Assembly: GCA_037189525.1 (NCBI GenBank)
Contig: JBBCJC010000011.1
Location: forward strand, 11,634-75,633
Length of the DNA: 64,000 bases
Source of the DNA: Gemmatimonadales bacterium
Lineage (GTDB): Bacteria > Gemmatimonadota > Gemmatimonadetes > Gemmatimonadales > GWC2-71-9
Reading direction: 5' to 3'
How positions within the stretch are numbered: the stretch's first letter is position 1; each line of letters opens with the position of its first letter. Positions 10,905 to 19,216 of the stretch are shown one piece after another. The notes under the pieces are model-generated. The model was not told where the DNA came from. It did not search any database and saw only the letters and a list, made by a program, of their open reading frames with translations. The position numbers and the translations under genes were made by a program.

Positions 10905-12350
10905 CTAGGGAGATCGGGGAATGGCCGCGCCGTGGCAGGCGGCGCACATCTCCGGGTTGCGGCGGCGGAGGCGTTCGGCGTCGAAACCGGGGCCGTGCGG
11001 GTTGAACCGGAAGCCGCGCCCGATGGCCGCGTGGCAGGCGGTGCAGTCGCGCTCGGTGTGACAGGAAACGCACGATTCGAGCGATTGCCGGGCCGCCTGG
11101 CCATGGCCCAGGATGAACGAGGCCCTGCCGTCGTGGAAACGGGCGCTGCCGAGCGAGCGGCTGGCGCCGAGTCCGGCCTGGGCGTGGCAACTGGCGCAGA
11201 ACTGCTGGGTGTTGTGGCAGTCGCTGCAACTGGTCTGCCGGGCAAACGCGGCGCTCGGGTGGCTGGTCAGGAACCCGGCCGGATGGTAGTTGCCTCCGGA
11301 CGGCTGCCCCGGATCGGGCCGGTGGCAGGCAAGGCAATCCTCGCGGACGTGACAACTGCTGCAACTCCGCGGCGCGGCCGTGGCGGTGCCCGCATGGTTC
11401 TCCCGGAACTCCACGGTGTGCGAGGCTGGCGGACGCCGGTCGAGCAGGGCGCCGGCGGCCCGGCCCGGCGCCGGCTGGTGCAATGCCGTTACCGCGCGGG
11501 GAGCCGGAGCGACGTGGCAGGCGGCGCAGCTGGGCTGGGCGTGGCACGTGGCGCAGCTGGCGGGATTGCGTTGGGCCTGGCGACCGTGCGCCGTCGCGAA
11601 GTTCCGGGCCGCGTGCGACGGCGGAGCGACGAATTCCGCGCGATGAACCAGCGACCGCTCGTCCGGCCTGAGCGCCTGGATCGCGGCGACCTCGGGGGCG
11701 TTGACGTGGCAGTTGAGGCAGAAATTCTGCGCATGGCAGGTCGCGCAGCTGGCGGAAACGGTCGGCTGCCCGCCCGGGGTTCTCACCGAAGCGAGCTTGG
11801 CATGACCGCTGAGCCCGAACTCGGGGGCCTGGTGAGAGGGCGGAGCGGGAAACCCGCGGATCTGGCCCGCCGGGAGCGCGACGGCCTCCGCCAGAGGAAG
11901 GTGACAAGTGGCGCACTGCTGATTGACCACGGTGAGATGCTCGGCGCCGGGCTGATGGCAGTCGATGCATTGAGTCACCACGTTGCGGTGGACCTCGCTC
12001 CGCAGGCCGTCAGTGGTGTGGCACTGGGCGCAGCCGACCGAGTCGGCGGTGGCGCTCGAGTGCCGGTCGTGCGCAAAGCGCAGGTTGGACGGAGGCGGTG
12101 CCAGAGGGGCCGTCCAGCTGACCACCGGCGCGACTTCGCCGTCATGGCATGCTGCGCACTTATCGCGGTCGGGCCAGACGGCAGCGCCGAGCTCCGCGGC
12201 GCCGGCATGACAGGTCGTGCAGGCCAGCGGAAACAGCTTGCCGTGGACCGCGTGGTCGAAGCCCCGCCGGGACGAGGCGGCCCGGACGGCTGCCGCGGCA
12301 AGGATCAGCGCCAGGCCGGCGGCCACCAGTCGAAAGGTGCGCGCTCTCAT
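10905..12350 (-). CDS. Periplasmic multiheme c-type cytochrome, 16 CxxCH
   Basis: Signal peptide MRARTFRLVAAGLALILAAAAVRA; 16 CxxCH counted, with five tandem CxxCH-x4/5-CxxCH doublets. Confidence 0.92.
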   Translation of the reverse strand: MRARTFRLVAAGLALILAAAAVRAASSRRGFDHAVHGKLFPLACTTCHAGAAELGAAVWPDRDKCAACHDGEVAPVVSWTAPLAPPPSNLRFAHDRHSSATADSVGCAQCHTTDGLRSEVHRNVVTQCIDCHQPGAEHLTVVNQQCATCHLPLAEAVALPAGQIRGFPAPPSHQAPEFGLSGHAKLASVRTPGGQPTVSASCATCHAQNFCLNCHVNAPEVAAIQALRPDERSLVHRAEFVAPPSHAARNFATAHGRQAQRNPASCATCHAQPSCAACHVAPAPRAVTALHQPAPGRAAGALLDRRPPASHTVEFRENHAGTATAAPRSCSSCHVREDCLACHRPDPGQPSGGNYHPAGFLTSHPSAAFARQTSCSDCHNTQQFCASCHAQAGLGASRSLGSARFHDGRASFILGHGQAARQSLESCVSCHTERDCTACHAAIGRGFRFNPHGPGFDAERLRRRNPEMCAACHGAAIPRSP

Positions 12351-12375
12351 CGGCGCCGCTCGCTCGGCAGGAGGA

Positions 12376-13869
12376 TCATCGGCGCTCTCCGCGAGGTACT
12401 GCGTGAGGCAGGGGGAGCCGATCGGCATTGGAGCCGAAAAGAACCGTCACCCGGGCCGACACGCGGAGCTGATCCCAGTCGAGCGCGCGCGCGTCGAGCC
12501 GTTGCCGCTGTTCGTTGTATCGGGCGGTGGTGATCCCCACCCGCCATCGGTCATTGGGCCGGTACTCCGCATCCGCGCCGAATCCCAGAAGCTCGGCGTC
12601 GTCATAGCGTAGTTCCAGCGGGCGCTTGCTGCGGGTGCCGTGCGCACTGAGCCAGAGCCGGTCGGTCGCGACCCAGGTGACCCGGCCGTCGAACCCCCGC
12701 GACGCTGCCCCCGGCCCGAACTCGGCCCGATAGCCTGCATCGACCGTCCAGCGGTCGGCGGGGCTCCAGGTCACGCCCGACTCGAATCGCCAGCCGCGAT
12801 CCTCTACCGTAATACCAGGGGTGAAGGTTTCCGTGTCGTCGAAGCGGAATCGCTCGCCGCGGGCCCGAAGCGTCACCCGAGCCGTGGGACGGACCGTGCC
12901 GGACAGGTGCCAGGCGTGATGAGCCACGGGGCTGAAGGCGCCCCAGATGGTCCACAGGTCGAAGAACGGCCGGTAGCGGCGGACTCCGCCGCTCACGCTG
13001 AAGCGCGGGTCGATCCAGCTGACCGTCGCGTCGGCGCTGCCTACCTGGCCAAAGGCGAGATCGTATTCGCCACCCGTCGTGAGGCTGACGCGGCGGTGGG
13101 GCCGAATGGCGATGGCGGCGGCGGCCCGCTCGGACACGAAGTAGTCGACGGCGGGATCCAACTCCCTCCGGTACTCGACTCGCGCATTGGCCACGGCGTG
13201 GGTCCAGCCCAGCTCGAGGCCCGCAACTACCTGTCGGTCGCGGGGTTGAAAGTCGTCGAGCGGATTGAGGGCCGGATCGGTTACCGGAAGCATGGCGCCC
13301 CGCGCCAGGCCCCACCCCGCGTATCCTCCCGCTTCGAGGCCGGAACCCCGATGCCGGACGAGCACGCGGCCTCCGTCGAGCCCATAGGCTCCCAGTCGCC
13401 CTAACAGCAATTGACGTCCCGCCCGGGCGATCAGCTGGTTCCGTTGGTATTCGAGATATCCCTCGACCAGCTGAAGGGCGGGTTCGGTGCCGGGCCAGCT
13501 GGCCTCGCCCAGGTCGGTGGCCGAGCGGACGTTGGCGCGGGCGGTCAGTCCGGCCACACCGAAGCCCCAGACGGTCAGGTCGGCCTGGGTCACCCAGGGC
13601 ATTCCGCGCAACTCGGCGCCAGGTGCGAAGTAGGAGCAGGTCTGCTCGCCGCACAGCGCGGCGTAGCCATCCGGCGTGAGGAATCCGCCCCCCGTCTGCG
13701 GAATGGCTTGGGCGCGCGGGAGGGTGCCGGCCAGAACCCCGCGCCAGGCCACGCTCTGCAGCCGGCTGTCGAGCCTGACGCGATACCCCTGCGCGGCGGC
13801 GGTCGTGGCCGTAGCAGTCGAGAGGCCCAGCGCAGCAAGCACAATCAGGCCGAGACGTGGGACGATCAT
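12376..13869 (-). CDS. Probable outer-membrane beta-barrel (porin of a porin-cytochrome complex)
   Basis: Signal peptide ending AAA-Q; alternating amphipathic strands rich in G/R/W/Y/F; ATGA overlap with the upstream cytochrome; lies between multiheme genes. Confidence 0.75.
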   Translation of the reverse strand: MIVPRLGLIVLAALGLSTATATTAAAQGYRVRLDSRLQSVAWRGVLAGTLPRAQAIPQTGGGFLTPDGYAALCGEQTCSYFAPGAELRGMPWVTQADLTVWGFGVAGLTARANVRSATDLGEASWPGTEPALQLVEGYLEYQRNQLIARAGRQLLLGRLGAYGLDGGRVLVRHRGSGLEAGGYAGWGLARGAMLPVTDPALNPLDDFQPRDRQVVAGLELGWTHAVANARVEYRRELDPAVDYFVSERAAAAIAIRPHRRVSLTTGGEYDLAFGQVGSADATVSWIDPRFSVSGGVRRYRPFFDLWTIWGAFSPVAHHAWHLSGTVRPTARVTLRARGERFRFDDTETFTPGITVEDRGWRFESGVTWSPADRWTVDAGYRAEFGPGAASRGFDGRVTWVATDRLWLSAHGTRSKRPLELRYDDAELLGFGADAEYRPNDRWRVGITTARYNEQRQRLDARALDWDQLRVSARVTVLFGSNADRLPLPHAVPRGERR

Positions 13870-15920
13870 GAGCGCCCCGGTCCGGTCAGCCGGCGCCGCA
13901 GTTCGGCCGGCGACTCGAGGAAATGGCAGGTGGCGCACTCGCGGCTCGGATAATGATCCTTCGCTTGCTCGGCATGGCAGGTCGCGCAGAACAACCGGTC
14001 GGGAGTAAACCGGGCCACGGTCGACGCGGTGTGACAGGCATCGCAGCGCTGGTGCGACGCCGCGAGGTCGTCCGCGTGCGCGGTGCGGATCTCGGGGCCG
14101 GTGTGACAGGCAGCACAGCTTCGGCCCGCGGCGTGGTGATCGCTATGACAATCGGCGCAGCGGCGGACGCCTTCCGCCGGCGCCAGCGACACCGGCTGGG
14201 TATGGCAGGTGACGCAACGGAGTTCGGTGTGTGTCTGGTGCGCAAAACCGACGCTCCTGACCCGTGGCTCCCGGTCCTTGACCCCGATCGGTACCGCCAG
14301 CGCGCGGATCGCCGCCAGGTCGCCGGGGCGGTGGCACGCGGCGCAGTTGCTCGATCGTGGCGCCTGATGGTGACAGATCTGACATCCTCGCGGCGGGACG
14401 AAGGTCAGTGTTGCAGAACTCGCTCCGGTGGTATGACAGGTGATGCAGGCAAGGCGGGTATGTCGGGCATGGGGAAAGGAGTCGACGGACGCAATCGATG
14501 GTTCGGCTGCTGCCGTTGGCGGGTCCGGCGCCGGGAGTTCCGGCGGCGGGGTGTCTCCTTTCCCGGGAAGCTCGATCTCTGCGGCTGGAGCAGGCGCCGC
14601 GGCCGGCCGCGGCGGCCAGGCTACGGGACCGGGCGGTCGTGCTCCGTCGAAGTGCCCGACACTCGGTGGAACCGGTTGCTCGGGATCACGTGCCGAAGTC
14701 CGCAGCGCCCGCGTGGTGTCGAACGGCAGGGGCGGACGGAGACGGAGGGTGCCGAAGCGCGCGGTCACGCTGGTATGGCATGCCACGCAATCGCTGGCGT
14801 CGACCCGCGCGGCGTGCTGATTGTGGCAGACCAGGCACTGCTGGCCAACCTGACCGTGAGCCCGCCCGGTATGGAACGGTACGGTCTGCCAATCCGCATG
14901 GCACTGACTGCAGGTCTTGCCTGCCTCGGCCGGGGTGGTCTGGGTGTGCGGGTTGTGGCAGGTCCCGCAGGTGCCGTTGTGCGGATCGCGCGCGGGGTCG
15001 AAGTCTCCGGCGACCTGTCGCATCGCGTGACAGGAGAAACACTGCCGGCTGCCGGGCTGCATCGCGTCGGCCGCGTCCTCGCGCGTGGCCAGCCGCGGCA
15101 CCTCGGCGGTGAACTGGTGGCACTGGTTGCAGTGCAGCGTGGACTGGGTGGCCATCCGGCCCAGCTTGATGTCGAGATTGGCGTGGCAGCCCGCGCTGCC
15201 GCAGGTCTCGTTGGCTGGGATGAACGCGTGCACTTCCTTCCCATGGCAGGTCACGCAGAGCACCTTTTCGAGCGCGCTCGAATCCGATTCCAGATGGACC
15301 CGATGCCCCGCGGTCTGCGCGATCCGGGTCCAGGCTTCGGACTGATCCTTGGCATGGCACGATTCGCAGCGCGCGTTAGGCACCGGCGCGTGGGGCGGGA
15401 TTTCCACCGGCTTGTTGGCCACCCAGAGCACCAGCTGGCGGGTGCTGGCGTAGAGCGATTGCTGATGGCAGTCGTGACACTGCAGAGCGCTGTGCTTGCC
15501 CGCGTCGGATCCGAACTTGTTCCAGGGCCCTTCCATGATGTGGCAGCCGACGCAAAAGGCGTTGTCGTGCTGCATGAAGTTCCAACTGACCTGGCCGCCG
15601 CGGAACAGGAGCGCCAGCACCAATACGGCGCCCGTGCTCATGGCGATTTTGACCCCGCGGTCCCGGGTCGTGAGCCAGTGGCCGATGGCGCTGCGTCGTC
15701 GCCAGAGGAACAGCGCGAGCCAGATGCCGACCGTGAGGCCCACCACGATCCCAACCACCCACGCCCAGGTCGGCGCGTTGAAAATGGCGCGGAGCACGGT
15801 CATGACGCCGCCGGGGATCGGCGGAGGCTCCGCAGGAACGCCCTCGCGGAATCGGTGGAAACTGGCCGAGTCGGGAATCTGCGGAGCGAGCGCGGCCAGG
15901 CCCGGAAGGAAGAGTGCCAT
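13866..15920 (-). CDS. Inner-membrane-anchored multiheme cytochrome with a NapC/NirT-like N-terminus, 19 CxxCH + 1 CX4CH
   Basis: Two N-terminal TM helices, then FCVGCHIM (CxxCHxM); 11 heme motifs, a Pro/Ala-rich linker, then 9 more; start could be upstream (16040). Confidence 0.88.
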   Translation of the reverse strand: MALFLPGLAALAPQIPDSASFHRFREGVPAEPPPIPGGVMTVLRAIFNAPTWAWVVGIVVGLTVGIWLALFLWRRRSAIGHWLTTRDRGVKIAMSTGAVLVLALLFRGGQVSWNFMQHDNAFCVGCHIMEGPWNKFGSDAGKHSALQCHDCHQQSLYASTRQLVLWVANKPVEIPPHAPVPNARCESCHAKDQSEAWTRIAQTAGHRVHLESDSSALEKVLCVTCHGKEVHAFIPANETCGSAGCHANLDIKLGRMATQSTLHCNQCHQFTAEVPRLATREDAADAMQPGSRQCFSCHAMRQVAGDFDPARDPHNGTCGTCHNPHTQTTPAEAGKTCSQCHADWQTVPFHTGRAHGQVGQQCLVCHNQHAARVDASDCVACHTSVTARFGTLRLRPPLPFDTTRALRTSARDPEQPVPPSVGHFDGARPPGPVAWPPRPAAAPAPAAEIELPGKGDTPPPELPAPDPPTAAAEPSIASVDSFPHARHTRLACITCHTTGASSATLTFVPPRGCQICHHQAPRSSNCAACHRPGDLAAIRALAVPIGVKDREPRVRSVGFAHQTHTELRCVTCHTQPVSLAPAEGVRRCADCHSDHHAAGRSCAACHTGPEIRTAHADDLAASHQRCDACHTASTVARFTPDRLFCATCHAEQAKDHYPSRECATCHFLESPAELRRRLTGPGRS

Positions 15921-16043
15921 GGTCAGGCGCTTTCCGCGCGGATCGTGATTCGGATTACGGGGCCGTGGGTCGGGCGCCTGTCCGGACGGAACGACCGACG
16001 CCCCGCGGCCGGAAGGGACCGCGGGGTCGTGGATTGGCACCGG

Positions 16044-17609
16044 TTACCGGGAGGCGCCGGCGACCGTGATCTCATGCCCAGGTATCGGCGTACTCGAGCG
16101 CCGGAGGCCGTGCGCGTATTTCCCGCCCGTCGGACCGTCCAGAATGGCCTGGATCGCGGCCGACGGGGCCGGAAGCGCGTAGGTCGCCTGCACCTCGTTG
16201 ATCGAAGCAATCAGCAGCGCTTCGCAGAGGAACGGGTTGTGGATGCCCTTCGAATTGTCGGCCGTCGACTGGCCGTACTCGCCGCACATCCGGGCGTTGA
16301 ACTCGGCGCCTTCGGCCGGGGTGATCTGATTGTCCGTCGTGCTCCACGCCTGCGGGTAGAGCTGCCGCACTCTGGGCAGCAAGCCGGCGTCGGTCGGGGC
16401 CGCCTGCATCGAACCGTTGCCGTCGGTGTCGGTCCAGAGCTGGTTGGTGAGCAGCCGCATCCGGGACCGGACGGTGGTGAATGCCGCAGCCGCCACCGAT
16501 GCGTTGGCGTGGCAACCCGAGGCGGTGCAGGTGGCCCAGGAACGCGCGGTCGGGGTGTAGCCGCAGTTGTCGCTGGCGGTCGGGCGACCCTGCTCGTCGA
16601 GGCAGGGGATCGGCCGCATCAGATGGCCGGTGGCCTGGAAGGCCTGGCCGCCCTGCTGGTCGGGCGCGGTGACGCGGTTCAGGTGGCATCCGGCGCAGAG
16701 CGTCGGGTTCGCCTCGGTGGCGTGCGAACTGAAAATCCGATCCTCGGCATAGATGAAGCCAGCCGGCCGATAGCCCGCGGTGCCGAGCAGGAGCGAACCC
16801 TGCGGAGCATGGGGCGACGAACTGGTGTTGGTCGGCGCGTCGTAGCGGAGGTGGCATTTCATGCAGAGGTTCTGTTCCACGTCCGCCGTGTTGATCGGGA
16901 AGCGAAGTTGGGACGGATTCTCCGAGCCGTGCGGATCGTGGCAGGTCGCGCAGACGGCGACCGGCTGATACGCCGTGGCTTCGCCCTTCTCCATGTAGTT
17001 GTTGGTGACGCCCCAGCGGGCCAGCGCCTGCCGGCTCTCGTGACATCCGGCGCAGGACGCGTTGGCGGTGCGGGACGGGTTCACCACCGCGTGCTGGGAC
17101 TGGCGCCACTCCTCGACGTAGGGATGGTGGGTGTCGCTGTGACACTCTGCGCAGGTACCGTTGCCCGTCATTCCGATGCGGGCGAGCGGGCGCACGACCT
17201 GTCCCTGGCCGATACCGCGGACGTGGTCGAGTCCGGGTCCGTGGCAGCTTTCACACTGGACATCGTGGTAAACGGCATCGCGGGTGGTGTTGAAGCCGGC
17301 CGCTTCGCTCACCATGTTGCCGCGCTCGGTGACCGCATGGCAACTGGCGCATTGATTCGGCGCGGTCGACGGCAGGTCCGCAAAGGTGGTGGCATGCGCC
17401 GTCGTCCGCCAGCGGCTCTGCACGTCGGCGTGGCAATTACCGCAGGTGGTCTGTTTGTTTTCCGCAGAGTAGTAGCCCAGGAAGCCGAGTGCGGCTGCGG
17501 GCGGTTCATTGAAGGGATCGCGATCGCGATAGACGACTTTGTCCGCTGCGCAGCCTGCGAGCAGGGCAGCGAGCGGAAGCGTCCGAAGTGCCAACGCAAC
17601 GATGCGCAT
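16044..17609 (-). CDS. Lipoprotein multiheme cytochrome c, 8 CxxCH + 1 CX4CH
   Basis: Lipobox LLAG-C; CESCHGPG and CATCHDPH motifs; C-terminal GIHNP. Confidence 0.9.
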   Translation of the reverse strand: MRIVALALRTLPLAALLAGCAADKVVYRDRDPFNEPPAAALGFLGYYSAENKQTTCGNCHADVQSRWRTTAHATTFADLPSTAPNQCASCHAVTERGNMVSEAAGFNTTRDAVYHDVQCESCHGPGLDHVRGIGQGQVVRPLARIGMTGNGTCAECHSDTHHPYVEEWRQSQHAVVNPSRTANASCAGCHESRQALARWGVTNNYMEKGEATAYQPVAVCATCHDPHGSENPSQLRFPINTADVEQNLCMKCHLRYDAPTNTSSSPHAPQGSLLLGTAGYRPAGFIYAEDRIFSSHATEANPTLCAGCHLNRVTAPDQQGGQAFQATGHLMRPIPCLDEQGRPTASDNCGYTPTARSWATCTASGCHANASVAAAAFTTVRSRMRLLTNQLWTDTDGNGSMQAAPTDAGLLPRVRQLYPQAWSTTDNQITPAEGAEFNARMCGEYGQSTADNSKGIHNPFLCEALLIASINEVQATYALPAPSAAIQAILDGPTGGKYAHGLRRSSTPIPGHEITVAGASR

Positions 17610-17940
17610 GGTTCGGGTTCCCGAGTGAGTACGGTGAAGCGGTTCGGACGATCGTCGCGTTCTGCTTACCGTAGTTCTACTCTAGGAGCATCGAGCCCGC
17701 TACGCAATGGGGAAACGTTTCTATTTAATAGCAGTTGAGTCGCCTTTGTGACCATGCTGCGCGCTGCAGGAATTACGAGAGAAAAATTCAGAAATCCACT
17801 TCGTCGGATGCAGCGTATTCGTGACGCGGCAAGGCTGATCGACAGGTGCCGATCGTCGAGCGCCGCGCTAATTTTCTTTGGGTAACGGGTCGGTTATTGC
17901 GACCTCGTTGATCGGATTGCTTCAACGGAGTGTGAGCGCG
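17610..17940. promoter_or_regulatory. Divergent promoter region between the cytochrome operon and the ccm operon
   Basis: AT-enriched 330-bp intergenic region; palindrome GAAACGTTTC at 17712-17721 adjoining CTATT-T-AATAG at 17721-17731. Confidence 0.55.
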
Positions 17941-18735
17941 ATGACATCGGTTCCTCCCGCATCGTGTCCTGCGTGCGGCCAACCCGTCGGCGGGCGGTTC
18001 TGCGGTTCCTGCGGCGCGGCCGTCACGTGCGGAGCTTGCGGCGCGGCGCTCGGTTCGGGCGTCCGATTCTGTGGCAGTTGCGGAGCGGCGGCGGGCGCGA
18101 TGGCTCCGGCGCGCGCGCGGGGGAGTTGGCGGACGGGTCCGGCGGTCTTCCCGCTCGCCCTTGCCGGCATCATGGTCGTCGTGGCTCTGGTCGTGTACCT
18201 GGTTCGCCGGGACCCGGCGTCGCCCGCCCTCGCTGGTGGAGTCATGGACTTTGCTCCCGGCAGTACCGAGCCGGCGCCCGCGCTGGACGGACTGTCCGGG
18301 CGTGACCGATTCGATACGCTGTACAATCGCGTCATGCGCGCGTCGGAGCGGGGCGACGGCGCCACGGTGAACCGCTTTGCCCCAGAGGCCCTGCAGGCCT
18401 ATCGGGAGCTCGAGCAGCCCGACATCGATGCCCGGTACCATGCCGCGATGCTGCGGCTCCACACCGGTGACCCGGCCGGCGCATTGGCCCTGGCCGACAC
18501 GATCGGCAGCTTGGAGTCCAGCCACCTCTTCGGTTTCGTGATCCGTGGCACCGTCGCCCGGTTCCGGGGTGACAGTACTCGGCTCTCGACCGAACAGGCC
18601 AGAGTGCTCCAGCATTATGACGCCGAGATGGCGGTGGGGCGGTACGAATACGCCCATCACAAGTTCATTCTCGACCAGTTCATCGGGGAGGCGCGGCAGC
18701 GGGCGGCGGCGCCGGCCGAACAGCCGGGACGATAG
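17941..18735 (+). CDS. Double zinc-ribbon + TM + helical (TPR-like) protein, first gene of the ccm operon
   Basis: Four CxxC (CPAC, CGSC, CGAC, CGSC), one TM helix, Ala-rich helical C-terminal domain. Confidence 0.75.
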   Translation: MTSVPPASCPACGQPVGGRFCGSCGAAVTCGACGAALGSGVRFCGSCGAAAGAMAPARARGSWRTGPAVFPLALAGIMVVVALVVYLVRRDPASPALAGGVMDFAPGSTEPAPALDGLSGRDRFDTLYNRVMRASERGDGATVNRFAPEALQAYRELEQPDIDARYHAAMLRLHTGDPAGALALADTIGSLESSHLFGFVIRGTVARFRGDSTRLSTEQARVLQHYDAEMAVGRYEYAHHKFILDQFIGEARQRAAAPAEQPGR

Positions 18736-18762
18736 GGCTATATTTGCGGGACGGAGGACGCT

Positions 18763-19188
18763 ATGAAGGCCGGAACCAAATTCATGCTGGGCGCGGCGAT
18801 CATCGCCGGTGCGACGGCGCTTCTCATCTATACGGGGATCAGTCAGACCGGGGTCTATTTCCTGAGCCCGTCCGAGCTGCTCGCCAAGGTGGAGGCGGAT
18901 GCCTCCTTCCACGAGGTGGGACTCAAGGTCGGGGCGAAGGTCGTACCCGGCTCGATCCGGCGCGACGATGCCAGCCGGCGGATCGAGTTCAAGGTGGCCG
19001 ACGCGGGCGGGACCTTTCCCGTCGTCTATGACGGCCTGGTCCCCGACACCTTCACCGACGAGAATGACATCGAAGTCATCATGTCGGGCAAGCTCGACCG
19101 CAATGGGGTCTTCCAGGCCACCGAAGTGCTCGCGAAGTGCGGGTCCCGATACGAATCGGAGTACTCGAAACTGGCGCAGGCAAGCTGA
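18763..19188 (+). CDS. ccmE: Heme chaperone CcmE, CxxxY variant
   Basis: N-terminal TM, YFLSPSEL, VVYDGLVPDTF, EVLAKCGSRY; GGAGG RBS. Confidence 0.93.
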   Translation: MKAGTKFMLGAAIIAGATALLIYTGISQTGVYFLSPSELLAKVEADASFHEVGLKVGAKVVPGSIRRDDASRRIEFKVADAGGTFPVVYDGLVPDTFTDENDIEVIMSGKLDRNGVFQATEVLAKCGSRYESEYSKLAQAS

Positions 19189-19216
19189 CTTCCGTGCCCC
19201 GGAGTAGGCGAAGCTC

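Noticed and set aside
13923..17738. 1271-aa plus-strand ORF, and other long antisense ORFs (3715-6024, 33013-36090, 29928-31712, 52152-54260)
   Set aside because: Shadow ORFs opposite well-supported genes; expected in high-GC DNA, with no motifs and biased Arg/Gly/Ala composition
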